A DNA stretch of 64,000 nt from an uncultured Anderseniella sp. (GTDB lineage: Bacteria; Pseudomonadota; Alphaproteobacteria; Rhizobiales; Aestuariivirgaceae): contig CANKYU010000001.1 of NCBI GenBank assembly GCA_947488295.1, positions 854,183 through 918,182 of the forward strand, read 5' to 3'. Below the pieces are notes generated by a model, which had not been told where the DNA came from, made no database searches, and saw nothing but the letters and a program-made list of their open reading frames with translations. Shown here piece by piece: positions 1 to 10,954 of this stretch; the stretch's first letter is position 1, and every line of letters begins with the position of its first letter. The position numbers and the translations under genes were made by a program.

Positions 1-1
1 T

Positions 2-1252
2 ACGGTTCCAATAGACGCTTATCGCGGCGCGGGCAGGCCGGAGTCTGCCTACCTGATCGAGCGCCTGGTTGATCTGGCGGCTTTTGAGACCGGGCGTGAC
101 CCGGTTGCGCTGCGCCGGAAGAACTTCATCAACCAGTACCCATACAAGATGGCGCTGGGCATGGTCATTGACTGTGCTGATTTCGAAGGCACGCTGGACA
201 AGGCGCTCACGGTGCATGACGCAGACGGCTTTGCAAAGCGGCGCAAGGCGTCCGAGCGCAGGGGCAAGCTGCGTGGGCTTGGCGTGTCGAGCTACCTGGA
301 AGTCACTCTGGGCATGCCGGCGGACTTTGCCGAACTGCGGTTTGAAGATGACGGTACAGTGTCGCTGATGACCGGCGGTCAGGCGACGGGGCAGGGTCAT
401 GAGACAACCTACAAACAGATTATCAGCTCTGAGCTGGGCATTGATCCTGACAAGGTGCGTTATGTCACCGGCGATACCGATGTGATCAAGGCCGGCGGCG
501 GGCACGGCGGCTCGCGTTCCTTGATGGTCATCGGGTCTGCCCTGCTCACCACGTCGCATGAGGTTGTGAACAAGGGCAGGCTTGCAGCAGCGCATGTTCT
601 TGAAGCCGGCGTACAGGATATTGAGTTCAAGGCCGGCAAGTTTGTCGTCATAGGCACTGACCGCGGCATTGGCATCCTTGAACTTGCAGCCCGGTTGCGC
701 GCGATCGCCGACAGCCTGCCGGACGGAGTTCCGGAAACACTGTCGTCCTCGAAAACCTGGGAGCGTAAGCAGTTTTCCTATCCAAACGGCGTCCATGTCT
801 GTGAGGTTGAGGTGGACCCGGATACAGGCATGACCGACATCACCGGCTATACGGTGGTTGATGATTTCGGCCGGATCATCAATCCGCTTATTGCAGGCGG
901 ACAGGTAATGGGCGGTGCGGTGCAGGGCATCGGACAGGCATTGCTGGAAGGTGTGACATATGATGAAACCGGCCAGCTGCTGACCGGTTCGTTTATGGAC
1001 TACTGCATGCCGCGGGCAAGTGACCTGCCGTCCATTGGACTGGAGTTCAACCAGGACGCGCCGACACAATCCAATCCGCTCGGGGTCAAGGGGGCAGGTG
1101 AGGCGGGGGCCACCGGAGCGCCGCCTGCGGTTGTCAATGCAGTGGTTGATGCTCTCAAGCCAATGGGGATCGCTCATATCGACATGCCGCTGACGCCGGT
1201 GAAAGTCTGGGATGCAATACGGGCTGCCGGGGGCAGGCAGGCTGCTCAGTGA
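2..1252 (+). CDS. Xanthine dehydrogenase/aldehyde oxidase-family molybdopterin-binding subunit, C-terminal fragment (gene starts upstream of window)
   Basis: Open frame runs from window edge ([34 protein letters not shown]...); C-terminal motifs typical of CoxL/XdhB Mo-binding subunits ([11 protein letters not shown], GxxGxGEAG near C-terminus). Confidence 0.7.
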   Translation, partial: TVPIDAYRGAGRPESAYLIERLVDLAAFETGRDPVALRRKNFINQYPYKMALGMVIDCADFEGTLDKALTVHDADGFAKRRKASERRGKLRGLGVSSYLEVTLGMPADFAELRFEDDGTVSLMTGGQATGQGHETTYKQIISSELGIDPDKVRYVTGDTDVIKAGGGHGGSRSLMVIGSALLTTSHEVVNKGRLAAAHVLEAGVQDIEFKAGKFVVIGTDRGIGILELAARLRAIADSLPDGVPETLSSSKTWERKQFSYPNGVHVCEVEVDPDTGMTDITGYTVVDDFGRIINPLIAGGQVMGGAVQGIGQALLEGVTYDETGQLLTGSFMDYCMPRASDLPSIGLEFNQDAPTQSNPLGVKGAGEAGATGAPPAVVNAVVDALKPMGIAHIDMPLTPVKVWDAIRAAGGRQAAQ

Positions 1253-1388
1253 GCCGGATACCGGGCCGATATTGCGTAAACATGCATCAAGCCTGTTGTC
1301 ATGGCGCCATGTCACATGTTTTAAGATGGCCAGGCAGGTCAGGGGCATGACGTCTGCGTGGAGCAAAATTTAGGGTCGGATTCGGGCG

Positions 1389-2096
1389 ATGTCATTTCAG
1401 TCAATTGCGGATACTGTACTCGAGCATGCAGCGGATGAAGACGATTCCGCTGACCTGTCTTTCGTGGTGTCCGGGCGGTTGATGCAGCAGTTGGCCGTGA
1501 CGCTGAAACCCGGTCGCCGGATGGTTGGCTGGGCAAAGTCGGTTATCGCCCACGACAATGGCGTTGTTCTGGAAGATGCCGGCAATGAAGCGCTGGTCAT
1601 GGCGTGTAATGTGGGGGATGCCGATTGCCGGGTTATCCTGTCGCCGGGCGGATCGGTCGGTGCCTTTGATCTGAAAAAGCTGGCCGGCCGCATTCTGCTG
1701 CCGCAGGAAAATTTTCTGGCTGTTGGTCCCGGTGTGCAACTCAGGCCATACAGTCATATCAAATCTCTGAAATCCGCCAACCGGCCTGACGGGCTGGTGT
1801 TGTTGCAGGCCGATGGCGAGGGCTGGGTGTTTACCGCCGCAACAGGCGAGATATCCCATCTCAAACTCGGGGCTGGAGAGATTCTGGCTGCGCGGGGCAG
1901 TGCCATAGCCGCGCTTGGCGCAACCGTGGTGATCGAAAAGGCTACTGAAGCGCACGGTGTTGCGGCTGACAACAAATTGAACGTGGCCATATTGCGCGGG
2001 CCCGGAAATGTGTGGTTGCAATCAATGCCCGCCGCGGCAAGCGCCACTGAACCTGATGCGAAGCCGGGATCACCGATTGTTATCAGTTTCAACTGA
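1389..2096 (+). CDS. AIM24-family protein (TIGR00266-like), tentative
   Basis: 235 aa ORF, high GC3, glycine-rich repeated beta-strand-like segments resembling AIM24/DUF124 family; recognition by eye only. Confidence 0.45.
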   Translation: MSFQSIADTVLEHAADEDDSADLSFVVSGRLMQQLAVTLKPGRRMVGWAKSVIAHDNGVVLEDAGNEALVMACNVGDADCRVILSPGGSVGAFDLKKLAGRILLPQENFLAVGPGVQLRPYSHIKSLKSANRPDGLVLLQADGEGWVFTAATGEISHLKLGAGEILAARGSAIAALGATVVIEKATEAHGVAADNKLNVAILRGPGNVWLQSMPAAASATEPDAKPGSPIVISFN

Positions 2097-2202
2097 TGTC
2101 AATCCGGGCGCCCGGCAATCTCGTTTCAAGGTGCTGGGCTGGCTCTGCGTCGGCATGATCGCCACCTGTCCTTGATGATGGCTGCTTGGGAACAATCGAC
2201 AA

Positions 2203-2970
2203 ATGAATAAGAAGATGACGGGAACAGTCCTGATAACCGGTGCAGCGCGGCGCATCGGCCGGCACATGGCGCTGCATCTTGCGGAAAAAGGCTGGGCAGT
2301 GGCCGTGCACTACAACTCATCGGCCGACGATGCCAGCGATGTGGTCGCGGAAATCGAGGCCGGTGGAGGACAAGCTGTCGCGGTGCACGGTGATCTCTCC
2401 GCCAGTGGTGTGCCGCAACAGATTGTCGCCAGGTCCGTACAGGCTCTGGGGCCTTTGACATGCCTGATCAACAATGCATCCCGGTTTGAACCGGACGAGG
2501 CCGAAACCATGACACAGGATGGCTGGGATCTGCATCTGAACACCAACCTGCGCGCACCTGTGTTTCTGGCCCAGGCCTTCGTTGAGCAGTTTCCTGACGG
2601 CGAACACGGCAATATCGTCAACCTCATAGACCAGTGCGTCCTGAAACTGAATCCGACGTACTTCTCGTACACCGCATCCAAAGCTGCGCTGTGGACGGTC
2701 ACCCGCACACTGGCTCAGTCGCTGGCTCCGCGCATCAGGGTCAATGCCATCGGCCCGGGACCCGCCTTGCCGCACGTGCGGATGAAGGAAGGTGATTTTG
2801 CCGAACGCACCGAGCAGACACTTTTGCAGCGCGGTACCTCGCCCGAAGAGATTTCGTCAGCATTGTCGTTCATTTTGTCGGCTCCGGCCTTGACCGGACA
2901 GATGATCGTGCTTGATGGTGGTCAGCATCTTGTCTGGCAAACGCCGGATGTCACGGACGAAATCGAGTAG
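2203..2970 (+). CDS. Short-chain dehydrogenase/reductase, FolM/pteridine-reductase-like
   Basis: N-terminal ITGAARRIG Rossmann motif characteristic of FolM/PTR1-type SDRs, YxxSKAAL catalytic motif, C-terminal LDGGQHL; located immediately upstream of folB. Confidence 0.6.
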   Translation: MNKKMTGTVLITGAARRIGRHMALHLAEKGWAVAVHYNSSADDASDVVAEIEAGGGQAVAVHGDLSASGVPQQIVARSVQALGPLTCLINNASRFEPDEAETMTQDGWDLHLNTNLRAPVFLAQAFVEQFPDGEHGNIVNLIDQCVLKLNPTYFSYTASKAALWTVTRTLAQSLAPRIRVNAIGPGPALPHVRMKEGDFAERTEQTLLQRGTSPEEISSALSFILSAPALTGQMIVLDGGQHLVWQTPDVTDEIE

Positions 2971-2975
2971 GTGAT

Positions 2976-3386
2976 ATGGACAACAATCCGCGCCCGTTAA
3001 GTACGGAATACGCAGATGCCGCGCATGGGTTGCGGCATGTCTTTGTGCGTGATCTGGCGTTGATTGCCATGGTGGGCATTTACGAGCACGAAAAGCGCCA
3101 CCCACAACGTATTCTGGTGAATATCGATTGTGCCGTGCAAGAGCGCGGCGGCGCGCTTGAGGACGATATCAAGAATGTCGTCAGCTATGAGAAAATAGTG
3201 AAAAACGTGAAGGCCATAGTGCAGGATGGACATGTCAATCTGGTCGAGACGCTTGCCGAAAAGATTGCCGACAAGGTTCTGAAGAACAGGTCTATCAAGC
3301 GTGTCCGGATCCGGGTTGAGAAGCTCGACATCATTCCCGAGGCTTCAAGCGTGGGGATCGAGATCGAGCGCACGCGAGGCCGATGA
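2976..3386 (+). CDS. folB: Dihydroneopterin aldolase
   Basis: 136 aa; typical FolB size and sequence blocks ([10 protein letters not shown]..., [34 protein letters not shown]). Confidence 0.8.
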   Translation: MDNNPRPLSTEYADAAHGLRHVFVRDLALIAMVGIYEHEKRHPQRILVNIDCAVQERGGALEDDIKNVVSYEKIVKNVKAIVQDGHVNLVETLAEKIADKVLKNRSIKRVRIRVEKLDIIPEASSVGIEIERTRGR

Positions 3387-5332
3387 GCGAGCCCCTTACT
3401 ACGCAGGACGGTGAAGTTGCCGACGGCGCTGTTGAAAGCGGACCGGAGGTCATCAAGCGGTTCGCCAAGACGCTGCCGGGCAGGCCGGGCGTGTACAGGA
3501 TGTATAACCACAAGGGCGACGTGCTTTATGTGGGCAAGGCGCGCAACCTGAAAAACCGTGTGTCGAACTATACCAGGCTGGGCGGACATACCAATCGCAT
3601 AGCGGCGATGATCGCCAACACCAGCTCGATGGAATTTGTCACCACCAAGACAGAGCCGGAAGCCCTGTTGCTGGAAGCAAACCTGATCAAGCGGCTGAAA
3701 CCGCGTTACAATGTTATCCTGCGCGACGACAAGTCGTTTCCCTATATTCTGATCGCCAAGGACCACGACGTTGCCCAGATCACAAAGCATCGCGGCGCGC
3801 GCAATCGCAAGGGCAGCTATTATGGTCCGTTTGCATCAGCGGGATCGGTAAACACCACCATCAACCTGCTGCAGAAGGCGTTTTTGCTGCGTTCGTGTTC
3901 CGACAGTTACTATGAAAACCGGACACGGCCCTGCCTGCTGTTTCAGATCAAGCGCTGTGCCGCGCCGTGCACAGGAGAGATTTCCAGCGATGGCTATGAC
4001 GAACTGGTCAGGCAGGCGGAAGCGTTTCTGTCCGGCAAGTCCAATGCGGTGAAAACAGCCCTTGCCAGCCAGATGGAGGCGGCATCCGAGGAGCTGGACT
4101 TTGAGCGTGCGGCTGTGTGCCGTGACCGGATTTCCGCGCTCAGCCATGTTACCGCGTCACAGGGCATCAACCCGCAAGGTGTCGCCGAAGCGGACATTTT
4201 CGGCCTCGCACAGGAGGGGGGTCAAACGTGCATCCAGGTATTTTTCATCAGGGCCGGCCAGAACTGGGGCACGCGCGCCTATTTTCCGCGTGCCGACAAG
4301 TCCGTTGAACCGGCCGATGTGCTGGCTGCCTTCATCGCCCAGTTTTACGATGACAAACCGGTGCCACGCCAGATCATGCTGTCCGGCGACGTCAGTGAAC
4401 TTGACCTGCTGGCCGACGCGCTTTCAACCAAGGCCGGCCGCAAGGTGGAAGTGCTGGTGCCGCAGCGCGGAGAAAAACGCGAACTGGTTCAACACGCCAT
4501 GACCAATGCGCGAGAGGCGCTGGGCCGCAAACTGGCTGACACCTCGTCGCAGAAGAAATTGCTTGAAGGTGTGAAAACCGTCTTTGGACTTGAGCGCATG
4601 CCGCGGCGCATAGAAGTTTATGATAACTCCCACATCCAGGGCACGAATGCAGTTGGCGGCATGATCGTGGCCGGACCCGAAGGGTTGGCGAAAGCGCATT
4701 ACCGCAAGTTCAACATCAAGACCGAACAGGATACCGGCGGAGATGATTTCGGCATGATGAAGGAAGTGCTGACCCGGCGATTCTCGCGGCTCCTGAAAGA
4801 GCAGGGCGAGCGGGCGAACGAAGCCGGCGACCAAGCGGAGAAAGTCGATGTGGAGATTGACGACACCAGCGTCGGCACATGGCCCGACCTGTTGTTGATT
4901 GACGGTGGCAAAGGCCAGCTTTCAGCCGTGCAGGATGTGTTGAAGGAACTGGGCATTGAGGATGTGCCGGTTGCCGGTATCTCAAAGGGGCCGGACCGCA
5001 ATGCGGGTCGCGAGCAGTTTCATGTGTCCGGCAAGGCGCCTTTCATGCTCGAACAACGTGACCCGGTGTTGTATTATGTGCAAAGGTTGCGCGATGAAGC
5101 GCACAGATTTGCTATCGGGACACACCGGGCCAAGCGGGCCAAGGCGGCGCTTGCCAATCCTCTGGACGAGATTGGCGGCATCGGACCGGGGCGCAAGAAG
5201 GCGCTTTTGCGGGCCTTCGGTTCGGCACGGGCCGTCTCGGGCGCATCAGTTGCAGACCTCGAGCAGGTTGAAGGAATCAGCAAAAGTCTTGCAACTGCCA
5301 TATACGGTTATTTCCACGAGGGTGAAACTTGA
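3383..5332 (+). CDS. uvrC: Excinuclease ABC subunit C
   Basis: GIY-YIG N-terminus ([28 protein letters not shown]), UvrBC-interaction region, C-terminal RNaseH-like/HhH region ([16 protein letters not shown]); 649 aa. Confidence 0.95.
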   Translation: MSEPLTTQDGEVADGAVESGPEVIKRFAKTLPGRPGVYRMYNHKGDVLYVGKARNLKNRVSNYTRLGGHTNRIAAMIANTSSMEFVTTKTEPEALLLEANLIKRLKPRYNVILRDDKSFPYILIAKDHDVAQITKHRGARNRKGSYYGPFASAGSVNTTINLLQKAFLLRSCSDSYYENRTRPCLLFQIKRCAAPCTGEISSDGYDELVRQAEAFLSGKSNAVKTALASQMEAASEELDFERAAVCRDRISALSHVTASQGINPQGVAEADIFGLAQEGGQTCIQVFFIRAGQNWGTRAYFPRADKSVEPADVLAAFIAQFYDDKPVPRQIMLSGDVSELDLLADALSTKAGRKVEVLVPQRGEKRELVQHAMTNAREALGRKLADTSSQKKLLEGVKTVFGLERMPRRIEVYDNSHIQGTNAVGGMIVAGPEGLAKAHYRKFNIKTEQDTGGDDFGMMKEVLTRRFSRLLKEQGERANEAGDQAEKVDVEIDDTSVGTWPDLLLIDGGKGQLSAVQDVLKELGIEDVPVAGISKGPDRNAGREQFHVSGKAPFMLEQRDPVLYYVQRLRDEAHRFAIGTHRAKRAKAALANPLDEIGGIGPGRKKALLRAFGSARAVSGASVADLEQVEGISKSLATAIYGYFHEGET

Positions 5333-5943
5333 GCGCTGGCGCTGACAAAATCAGGCATCCGAACCGGCGCGGCAACGTCGCCACCTGGCTGCCCAACATC
5401 CTGACCTACCTGCGCATTGCCGCCGTGCCGGTAGTTGTGGGGCTGTTGATCTATGGCGGAGACACCAACCACTGGATCGCCGTGGCGATATTCATCATTG
5501 CCGCGATCACCGACTTTCTTGACGGATACCTGGCCCGCATCTGGCAGCAACAGTCATCGCTCGGCAAAATGCTGGACCCGATCGCCGACAAGCTGCTGAT
5601 AGCGTCGGTCCTGCTGGCGGTTACCTATACCGGGGAGATAAAGGGTGTGCACATCTGGGCGGCGATCATCATATTGTGCCGCGAAATCCTGGTGTCGGGC
5701 TTGCGCGAGTTTCTGGCTGAAGTCAGGGTGTCTGTTCCGGTGACGCAACTGGCCAAGTGGAAAACCACCTTTCAGATGGTCGCCATCGGGTTTCTGATTG
5801 TCGGGCCTGCCGGTGACAAGGTATTTCACCATACCTCCACGATCGGACTGACGTTTTTGTGGATCGCTGCCGTTGCAACCCTGTATACCGGGTATGACTA
5901 TTTCCGTGCCGGTGTGAAGCATGTCATGGAAGAAGACGAATGA
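5329..5943 (+). CDS. pgsA: CDP-diacylglycerol--glycerol-3-phosphate 3-phosphatidyltransferase
   Basis: CDP-alcohol phosphatidyltransferase motif (DFLDGYLAR...[12 protein letters not shown]), multiple TM segments; overlaps uvrC stop (coupled). Confidence 0.85.
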   Translation: MSAGADKIRHPNRRGNVATWLPNILTYLRIAAVPVVVGLLIYGGDTNHWIAVAIFIIAAITDFLDGYLARIWQQQSSLGKMLDPIADKLLIASVLLAVTYTGEIKGVHIWAAIIILCREILVSGLREFLAEVRVSVPVTQLAKWKTTFQMVAIGFLIVGPAGDKVFHHTSTIGLTFLWIAAVATLYTGYDYFRAGVKHVMEEDE

Positions 5944-6191
5944 AAGTGATGTATTTTGCCTGGGTGCGGCAACGCACAGGTACAGGCGAGGAAATGATTG
6001 AAGTGCCGGCGGATGTGACCACCGTGGCTGATCTCGCGGCCCATCTGGCGACCCGCGATGAAGGGTATGCCGCCGCATTCGCTGATATGCGCGTTATCCG
6101 TGCAGCGCTTGACCAGGAACACGTAGCGCTTGATCATCCGCTGGGCGAAGCACGTGAAATTGCGTTTTTTCCTCCTGTAACCGGTGGATGA
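5940..6191 (+). CDS. moaD: Molybdopterin synthase sulfur-carrier subunit
   Basis: 83 aa, ThiS/MoaD fold length, terminates in the obligatory C-terminal GG (…FFPPVTGG*); start overlaps pgsA stop. Confidence 0.8.
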   Translation: MKVMYFAWVRQRTGTGEEMIEVPADVTTVADLAAHLATRDEGYAAAFADMRVIRAALDQEHVALDHPLGEAREIAFFPPVTGG

Positions 6192-6300
6192 CGCAACATT
6201 ATCCGTGTACAATTCTTGCCACGGTTTAGAGTTAGTCCTTAATGATGACGTCGGTGCCCACTATTGGGGACCGGCATCTGCTCGTTACAAAAAAGGGGAA

Positions 6301-6909
6301 ATGCTCGTGGCAAATCGCATGGCAAGGAATGTTGCCAGTCGTTTCGACGAGGAAATCCGGTTCTTTAAGACCTGGATAGACAAGCCCAAGGCCATGGGCG
6401 CTGTGCTGCCGACAAGCAGCATAACCGCCAGACGCATGGCAAGCCTGATCACCCCGGACTGCGATGATCCGGTGCTGGAACTTGGCCCCGGCACAGGGGT
6501 CATCACCAAGGCAATCCTTGCACGTGGGGTGAAACCGGCGAACCTGTTTTCCGTCGAGTATACCGAAGCGTTCATTCCACAGCTTACGTCCGACTTTCCG
6601 GAGGTGAACATTATCCACGGCAACGCCTTTCAACTGGATGACGTCCTGCCTGACATGGGTGACGGTCGCTTCGACACCATCATATCCGCCATCCCGATGT
6701 TGAATTTTCCCGTGGAGAAAAGGGTCGAATTGCTGAACGAGTTGTTTGACCGGCTCAGACCTGGCCGCCCGATCGTGCAGATTTCCTACGGGCCGGTTTC
6801 GCCGATACCGCCGGACTGGCAGACATATTCCGTCGAACCGTTTGACTGGATGGTGCGAAACATACCGCCGGCACGGCTATGGGTTTACCGCCGCATACTC
6901 GCAGCATAG
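6301..6909 (+). CDS. Class I SAM-dependent methyltransferase (rRNA adenine dimethylase-like / phospholipid N-methyltransferase-like)
   Basis: Motif I VLELGPGTGVITKAIL; start placed at ATG 6301 preceded by aaaagggga RBS (the longer ORF from 6184 overlaps moaD and is rejected). Confidence 0.6.
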   Translation: MLVANRMARNVASRFDEEIRFFKTWIDKPKAMGAVLPTSSITARRMASLITPDCDDPVLELGPGTGVITKAILARGVKPANLFSVEYTEAFIPQLTSDFPEVNIIHGNAFQLDDVLPDMGDGRFDTIISAIPMLNFPVEKRVELLNELFDRLRPGRPIVQISYGPVSPIPPDWQTYSVEPFDWMVRNIPPARLWVYRRILAA

Positions 6910-6935
6910 GCAAGACCCTGAACGGCACTGCGGAC

Positions 6936-8588
6936 TTAATGGTTGTCGGCTTCGGCAAACCTGCCACCGGTCAGCAGATGTTCCGCGAGTGTCTCATCGC
7001 GTCCATAGATGTCACGCCGGAAGTTGGCGGAACCGTCCTTGTTCACCCAGGCGGTGATATAGGTGACATAGACCGGCACTTTCTGTTTCAGTTTGACGAT
7101 GCGCCGTTTGCCGGAGGCGATCTGGTTGTTGATCTTGTTCAGGTTCCAGTTCTGCCTGCCCAGAATGACCTCGGCCAGCCTGGTCGGATCCTGAACCCGC
7201 ATGCAGCCGTGGGAAAACACCCGCAAATCCTTTTTGAACAGGCTCTTTGACGGTGTGTCGTGAATGTAGACATTGTATTTGTTGGGGAACATGAACTTGA
7301 TGCGGCCGAGTGCGTTCTTGTCGCCGGTGTCCTGGCGCAATCTGTACGGCATCCGCCGCATGCCGGCCCAGTTGACCGAATAGGGGTTTACGACCTTGCC
7401 TGACTTGTTGAGCACCCGAATGCCCTGACGCTGCAGATAGCCTGCGTCCTTTTTCAGCTTTGGCAGATATTCCCTGTTGGCGATGGATGACGGAACGTTC
7501 CAGTAAGGATTGATGACCAGGTAGGTCATCTCTTCGGTGAATACCGGCGTCTTGTGGTAGGTCTTGCCGACGACAATCCGGGCTGTGTGAACCGTCTTGC
7601 CGTTATCCACCACTTTCAATTCCTGGTCCGCCAGATTGGCAAACACATAAAATCCGCCGGGCTCGCGATCAAGCCAGCGCCTGCGCTCCAGGTTGACCTC
7701 CAGCTGCCTGATCCGCTTTGTCGTCGGTATGTTCATCTGTTTCAGTGTTGTCGGGCCGATGACGCCATCGTCAGTCAGGCCATGGCGGCGCTGGAACTTT
7801 TTGACTGCGGCAACTGTCACGTCATCATAGACGTCATCGACCGGGCGGGTTTCAGGGTCCATATCACCTGTTGTGGTGAGGAATTCCCGCAACACCGGCA
7901 GGCGGACATCGGGTTTTCCCGGTTTCAGGGCTTTGCCCGCGGGGATTGCCGTCCAGCCGCCGGCAGCGGCGATGGCACGGTACTCCTTAAGCTTTGCGAC
8001 CAGCCGGTGATAGCGCTTGTCCTCGGGCATCAGTGTCTGGATATAGGGTAACAGATCCTCTGCCTTCTCCGCGCCGTCCAGCAGATACGCCGCGCCCAGC
8101 TCGCGGACCTTTATGTTGTTGTCGCGGGTGACGTCCTTCGGCGCCACACGCCCGCGCGTCAGGTCGCGGGCCATGTCGATGAAGGCACTGGTCAGCAGCA
8201 TTTCAAGTTCGGCCAGAGCGCGTGGATGCGGATCACCGACCAGGGCGCGGATGTCCGCCAGCCGGTATTTGAACTCGCGAAGCCCGTGGTTTTCAATATT
8301 GCCGAGGAACTCCAGCAGCATGCGGCCCTTGGTTTTCATGCCGTTGTCACGCACCCAGATGGGTTTGAAAGACCGGTCGGAATAATAGGTGAATACCTGG
8401 ATCAGCCGGTCATCGTCGTCCAGAGAGCCGATATTGCTCTCACCATTGATGATGATTGATTCAATCGTCTTGCCGACAATTTCATTGCCGGCGGCGTGAG
8501 CGGGCAACTTCGCCAGCGTGATGCCGGCAACCAGGGTCAGAGCTAAAAGCAGGAAGTGGGCGTACGACCGCATATTGGAAATCTCCAT
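6936..8588 (-). CDS. L,D-transpeptidase with peptidoglycan-binding domain (YcbB/LdtD-like)
   Basis: Signal peptide, PG_binding_1 block (VKKFQRRHGLTDDGVIGPTTL), YkuD catalytic motif ...HDTPSKSLFKKDLRVFSHGCMRV. Confidence 0.85.
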   Translation of the reverse strand: MEISNMRSYAHFLLLALTLVAGITLAKLPAHAAGNEIVGKTIESIIINGESNIGSLDDDDRLIQVFTYYSDRSFKPIWVRDNGMKTKGRMLLEFLGNIENHGLREFKYRLADIRALVGDPHPRALAELEMLLTSAFIDMARDLTRGRVAPKDVTRDNNIKVRELGAAYLLDGAEKAEDLLPYIQTLMPEDKRYHRLVAKLKEYRAIAAAGGWTAIPAGKALKPGKPDVRLPVLREFLTTTGDMDPETRPVDDVYDDVTVAAVKKFQRRHGLTDDGVIGPTTLKQMNIPTTKRIRQLEVNLERRRWLDREPGGFYVFANLADQELKVVDNGKTVHTARIVVGKTYHKTPVFTEEMTYLVINPYWNVPSSIANREYLPKLKKDAGYLQRQGIRVLNKSGKVVNPYSVNWAGMRRMPYRLRQDTGDKNALGRIKFMFPNKYNVYIHDTPSKSLFKKDLRVFSHGCMRVQDPTRLAEVILGRQNWNLNKINNQIASGKRRIVKLKQKVPVYVTYITAWVNKDGSANFRRDIYGRDETLAEHLLTGGRFAEADNH

Positions 8589-8817
8589 CTTTGCCCCCGA
8601 TGTGGTCCAGTATAGCGCCGATAAACCAAATTAAAACGGTGAAAAATTCAATTTGGTTCACGCATATTTTTGTGACCGGCCAATGCAGATCTGAACAGCT
8701 TTGACATCAGTAAACATGGGCACGATCAGCCACCGCAATAACGCAGGCAGGCTGTTCCTGCCTGTACGCCGTATGGTCGGCCCAGGCCAACTCGACTAGA
8801 AGTGGGAGAAAAATACA

Positions 8818-9303
8818 ATGCGCAAGACAACTCTTGGTATCGCCGTAGCCCTTGGGCTGATGACCGGCTCGGCTCAGGCTGCAAATATTGTTGAGGTCGC
8901 TCAGGGCGCCGGTACGTTCAACACCCTGATCGCTGCAGCAAAGGCCGCCGGGCTTGATGGTGCGCTTGCGACCGGCGAAAACCTGACCGTTTTTGCGCCG
9001 ACAGACGAGGCGTTTGCAGCGCTGCCGGCTGGTACGGTGGAAGATCTGCTGAAGCCTGAAAACAAGGACAAGCTGGCAGCCGTTCTGTCCTACCACGTGT
9101 TGCCGCGCAAGCTGATGTCCAATCAGTTGCCGGGGCGCACAATTCACGTTCGTACGATCAAGGCTTCCGGTGACCGTTTGCTGGCAGTCAGCAAGTCCAG
9201 TTCCGGTGTGACTGTGGATCAGGCAAATGTCGTTACCGCGGATATTGCGGCATCAAACGGCGTTGTGCATGTGATCGACAAGGTGATGCTGCCTGACAGC
9301 TAG
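8818..9303 (+). CDS. Fasciclin (FAS1) domain secreted protein
   Basis: Signal peptide + FAS1 hallmark blocks (TVFAPTDEAFAALP, LSYHVLP, VVHVIDKVMLP); RBS ggagaaaaa upstream. Confidence 0.85.
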   Translation: MRKTTLGIAVALGLMTGSAQAANIVEVAQGAGTFNTLIAAAKAAGLDGALATGENLTVFAPTDEAFAALPAGTVEDLLKPENKDKLAAVLSYHVLPRKLMSNQLPGRTIHVRTIKASGDRLLAVSKSSSGVTVDQANVVTADIAASNGVVHVIDKVMLPDS

Positions 9304-9392
9304 GCGGCTGCCCTGATCCGATGATCAGGTAAACAGTCCAGACAGCGGCGTGGCCGGACTTCCGGCTGCGCCGTTTGCTATTCGGGAGTTTG

Positions 9393-10286
9393 TTATTCGG
9401 CTGCGGCCACTGCCGGCTGCACAGTGTTGGTGTAGTCGTTCATCAGCGTTGTCGTTATGTCGCCAACGGTGAAGCTGTAGGGTCCGATCTCGGACACCGG
9501 TGTGACCTCGGCTGCTGTGCCGACGATGAAGCATTGTTCAAAGTCCGCCATTTCTTCCGGCATGATGACCCGCTCATTGATCTTGATCTGGCGGGTGCGC
9601 GCCAGGTCCATGACGGTCTGGCGGGTGATGCCGTTCAGAAAACAGTCCGGTGTCGGCGTGTGCAGTTCGCCATCCTTCACAAAAAATATGTTCGCACCGG
9701 TGGCTTCGGCAACCTGGCCGCGATAGTCGAGCATGAGGGCATCGGCATAGCCTTTGCGCTCGGCAGCATGCTTGGACAAGGTGCAGATCATGTAGAGACC
9801 GGCGGCTTTCGCCTCGCAAGGGATGGTTGCAGGGTCAGGACGCCGCCACTTGGCCATGTCGAGCCGGATGCCCTTGAGGCGTTCTTCGGCATCGAAGTAG
9901 CTCGGCCATTCCCAGATCGCGATGGCCACATTGATCTTGGTGGTCTGTGCAGACACCCCCATCATCTCTGACCCACGCCAGGCAACCGGGCGCACATACG
10001 CGTCCTGCAGGCCCTGACGGGCCAGCAATGCCTTGCAGGCATCGTCGATTTCGGCAACCGTGTAGGGGATTTCCATGTCGAGAAACTCGGCCGAACGGAA
10101 CAGCCGTTCAGTGTGTTCGGTCAGCTTGAAAATCTCGCCGCCATAGGCGCGTTCACCTTCAAATACCGAAGACGCATAATGCAGGGCATGAGACAAGACA
10201 TGCAGCTGCGCGGAAGACCACGGTACAAATTCACCGTTCAACCAGATATCACCATCACGTTGATCAAAAGGCAGTGACGCGGCCAT
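9393..10286 (-). CDS. ilvE: Branched-chain-amino-acid aminotransferase (class IV PLP fold)
   Basis: 297 aa, class IV aminotransferase blocks (FEGERAY, TAAEVTPV, GANIFFV). Confidence 0.8.
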   Translation of the reverse strand: MAASLPFDQRDGDIWLNGEFVPWSSAQLHVLSHALHYASSVFEGERAYGGEIFKLTEHTERLFRSAEFLDMEIPYTVAEIDDACKALLARQGLQDAYVRPVAWRGSEMMGVSAQTTKINVAIAIWEWPSYFDAEERLKGIRLDMAKWRRPDPATIPCEAKAAGLYMICTLSKHAAERKGYADALMLDYRGQVAEATGANIFFVKDGELHTPTPDCFLNGITRQTVMDLARTRQIKINERVIMPEEMADFEQCFIVGTAAEVTPVSEIGPYSFTVGDITTTLMNDYTNTVQPAVAAAE

Positions 10287-10423
10287 GGCAGGCGCTCCTC
10301 ATGTGGCCGGCGTCGGATACTGGGTCTCGCACCGGGATTGTCTTTACTAACGCAGATAATCAAAAAAATCGCCTATGGCACTAACAACAGCCGTAATTTA
10401 TGTCAATATAGCTGACATAAATC

Positions 10424-10954
10424 GTGATAGCCAATACGGATACGGAAATGACTTTTGCCATGGACGCACAGGCAGACAAGACCGCCGTGGAGCGGAAAGT
10501 TTCGCGCGACGCTGTCATCGAACTGATCGAGCTGTTGTATTTCGGATACCGTGACTTTACCTCGGATCCGGATGTGCTGCTGCTGGATTTCGGTTTCGGC
10601 CGCGCGCATCACCGCGTGGTGCATTTCGTAGGCCGCAATCCCGGTATCAGCGTCGCTGAACTGCTTGATATCCTGCGCATCACAAAGCAGAGCCTGGCCC
10701 GGGTGTTGAAGGAGCTGGTTGAGCGCGGAATAGTCGAGCAGCGGTCCGGAAGCTCTGACCGGCGCCGGCGGTTGCTGCACCTGACTGAAGACGGGGTTTC
10801 CCTGCACGACCGGTTGATGCAACCGCAAATTGAACGGGTGCAGGCCGCGATCAGGCACGCCGGTGGCGACGCGGCGCCGGTTTTCCAGCAGGTGCTGTAC
10901 GGCCTGATCAATGAACAAGAACGCGACCGGGTTGAAAAGGTGGTTGGCCGATGA
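10424..10954 (+). CDS. MarR-family transcriptional regulator
   Basis: Winged-helix block LRITKQSLARVLKELVERGIVEQRSGSSDRRRRLLHLTEDG; start could be 10460. Confidence 0.8.
   Translation: MIANTDTEMTFAMDAQADKTAVERKVSRDAVIELIELLYFGYRDFTSDPDVLLLDFGFGRAHHRVVHFVGRNPGISVAELLDILRITKQSLARVLKELVERGIVEQRSGSSDRRRRLLHLTEDGVSLHDRLMQPQIERVQAAIRHAGGDAAPVFQQVLYGLINEQERDRVEKVVGR

Noticed and set aside
1401-2021. Many long antisense or overlapping ORFs in the track (e.g. 1401-2021 -, 3185-3790 -, 7554-8051 +, 11056-11643 -, 44127-45203 -, 45570-46274 -, 58784-60235 +, 60290-61243 +, 17260-17994 -)
   Set aside because: They lie opposite or inside genes with clear homology-type signatures. Such stop-free antisense frames are expected at about 62% GC, and they lack RBS or family motifs.
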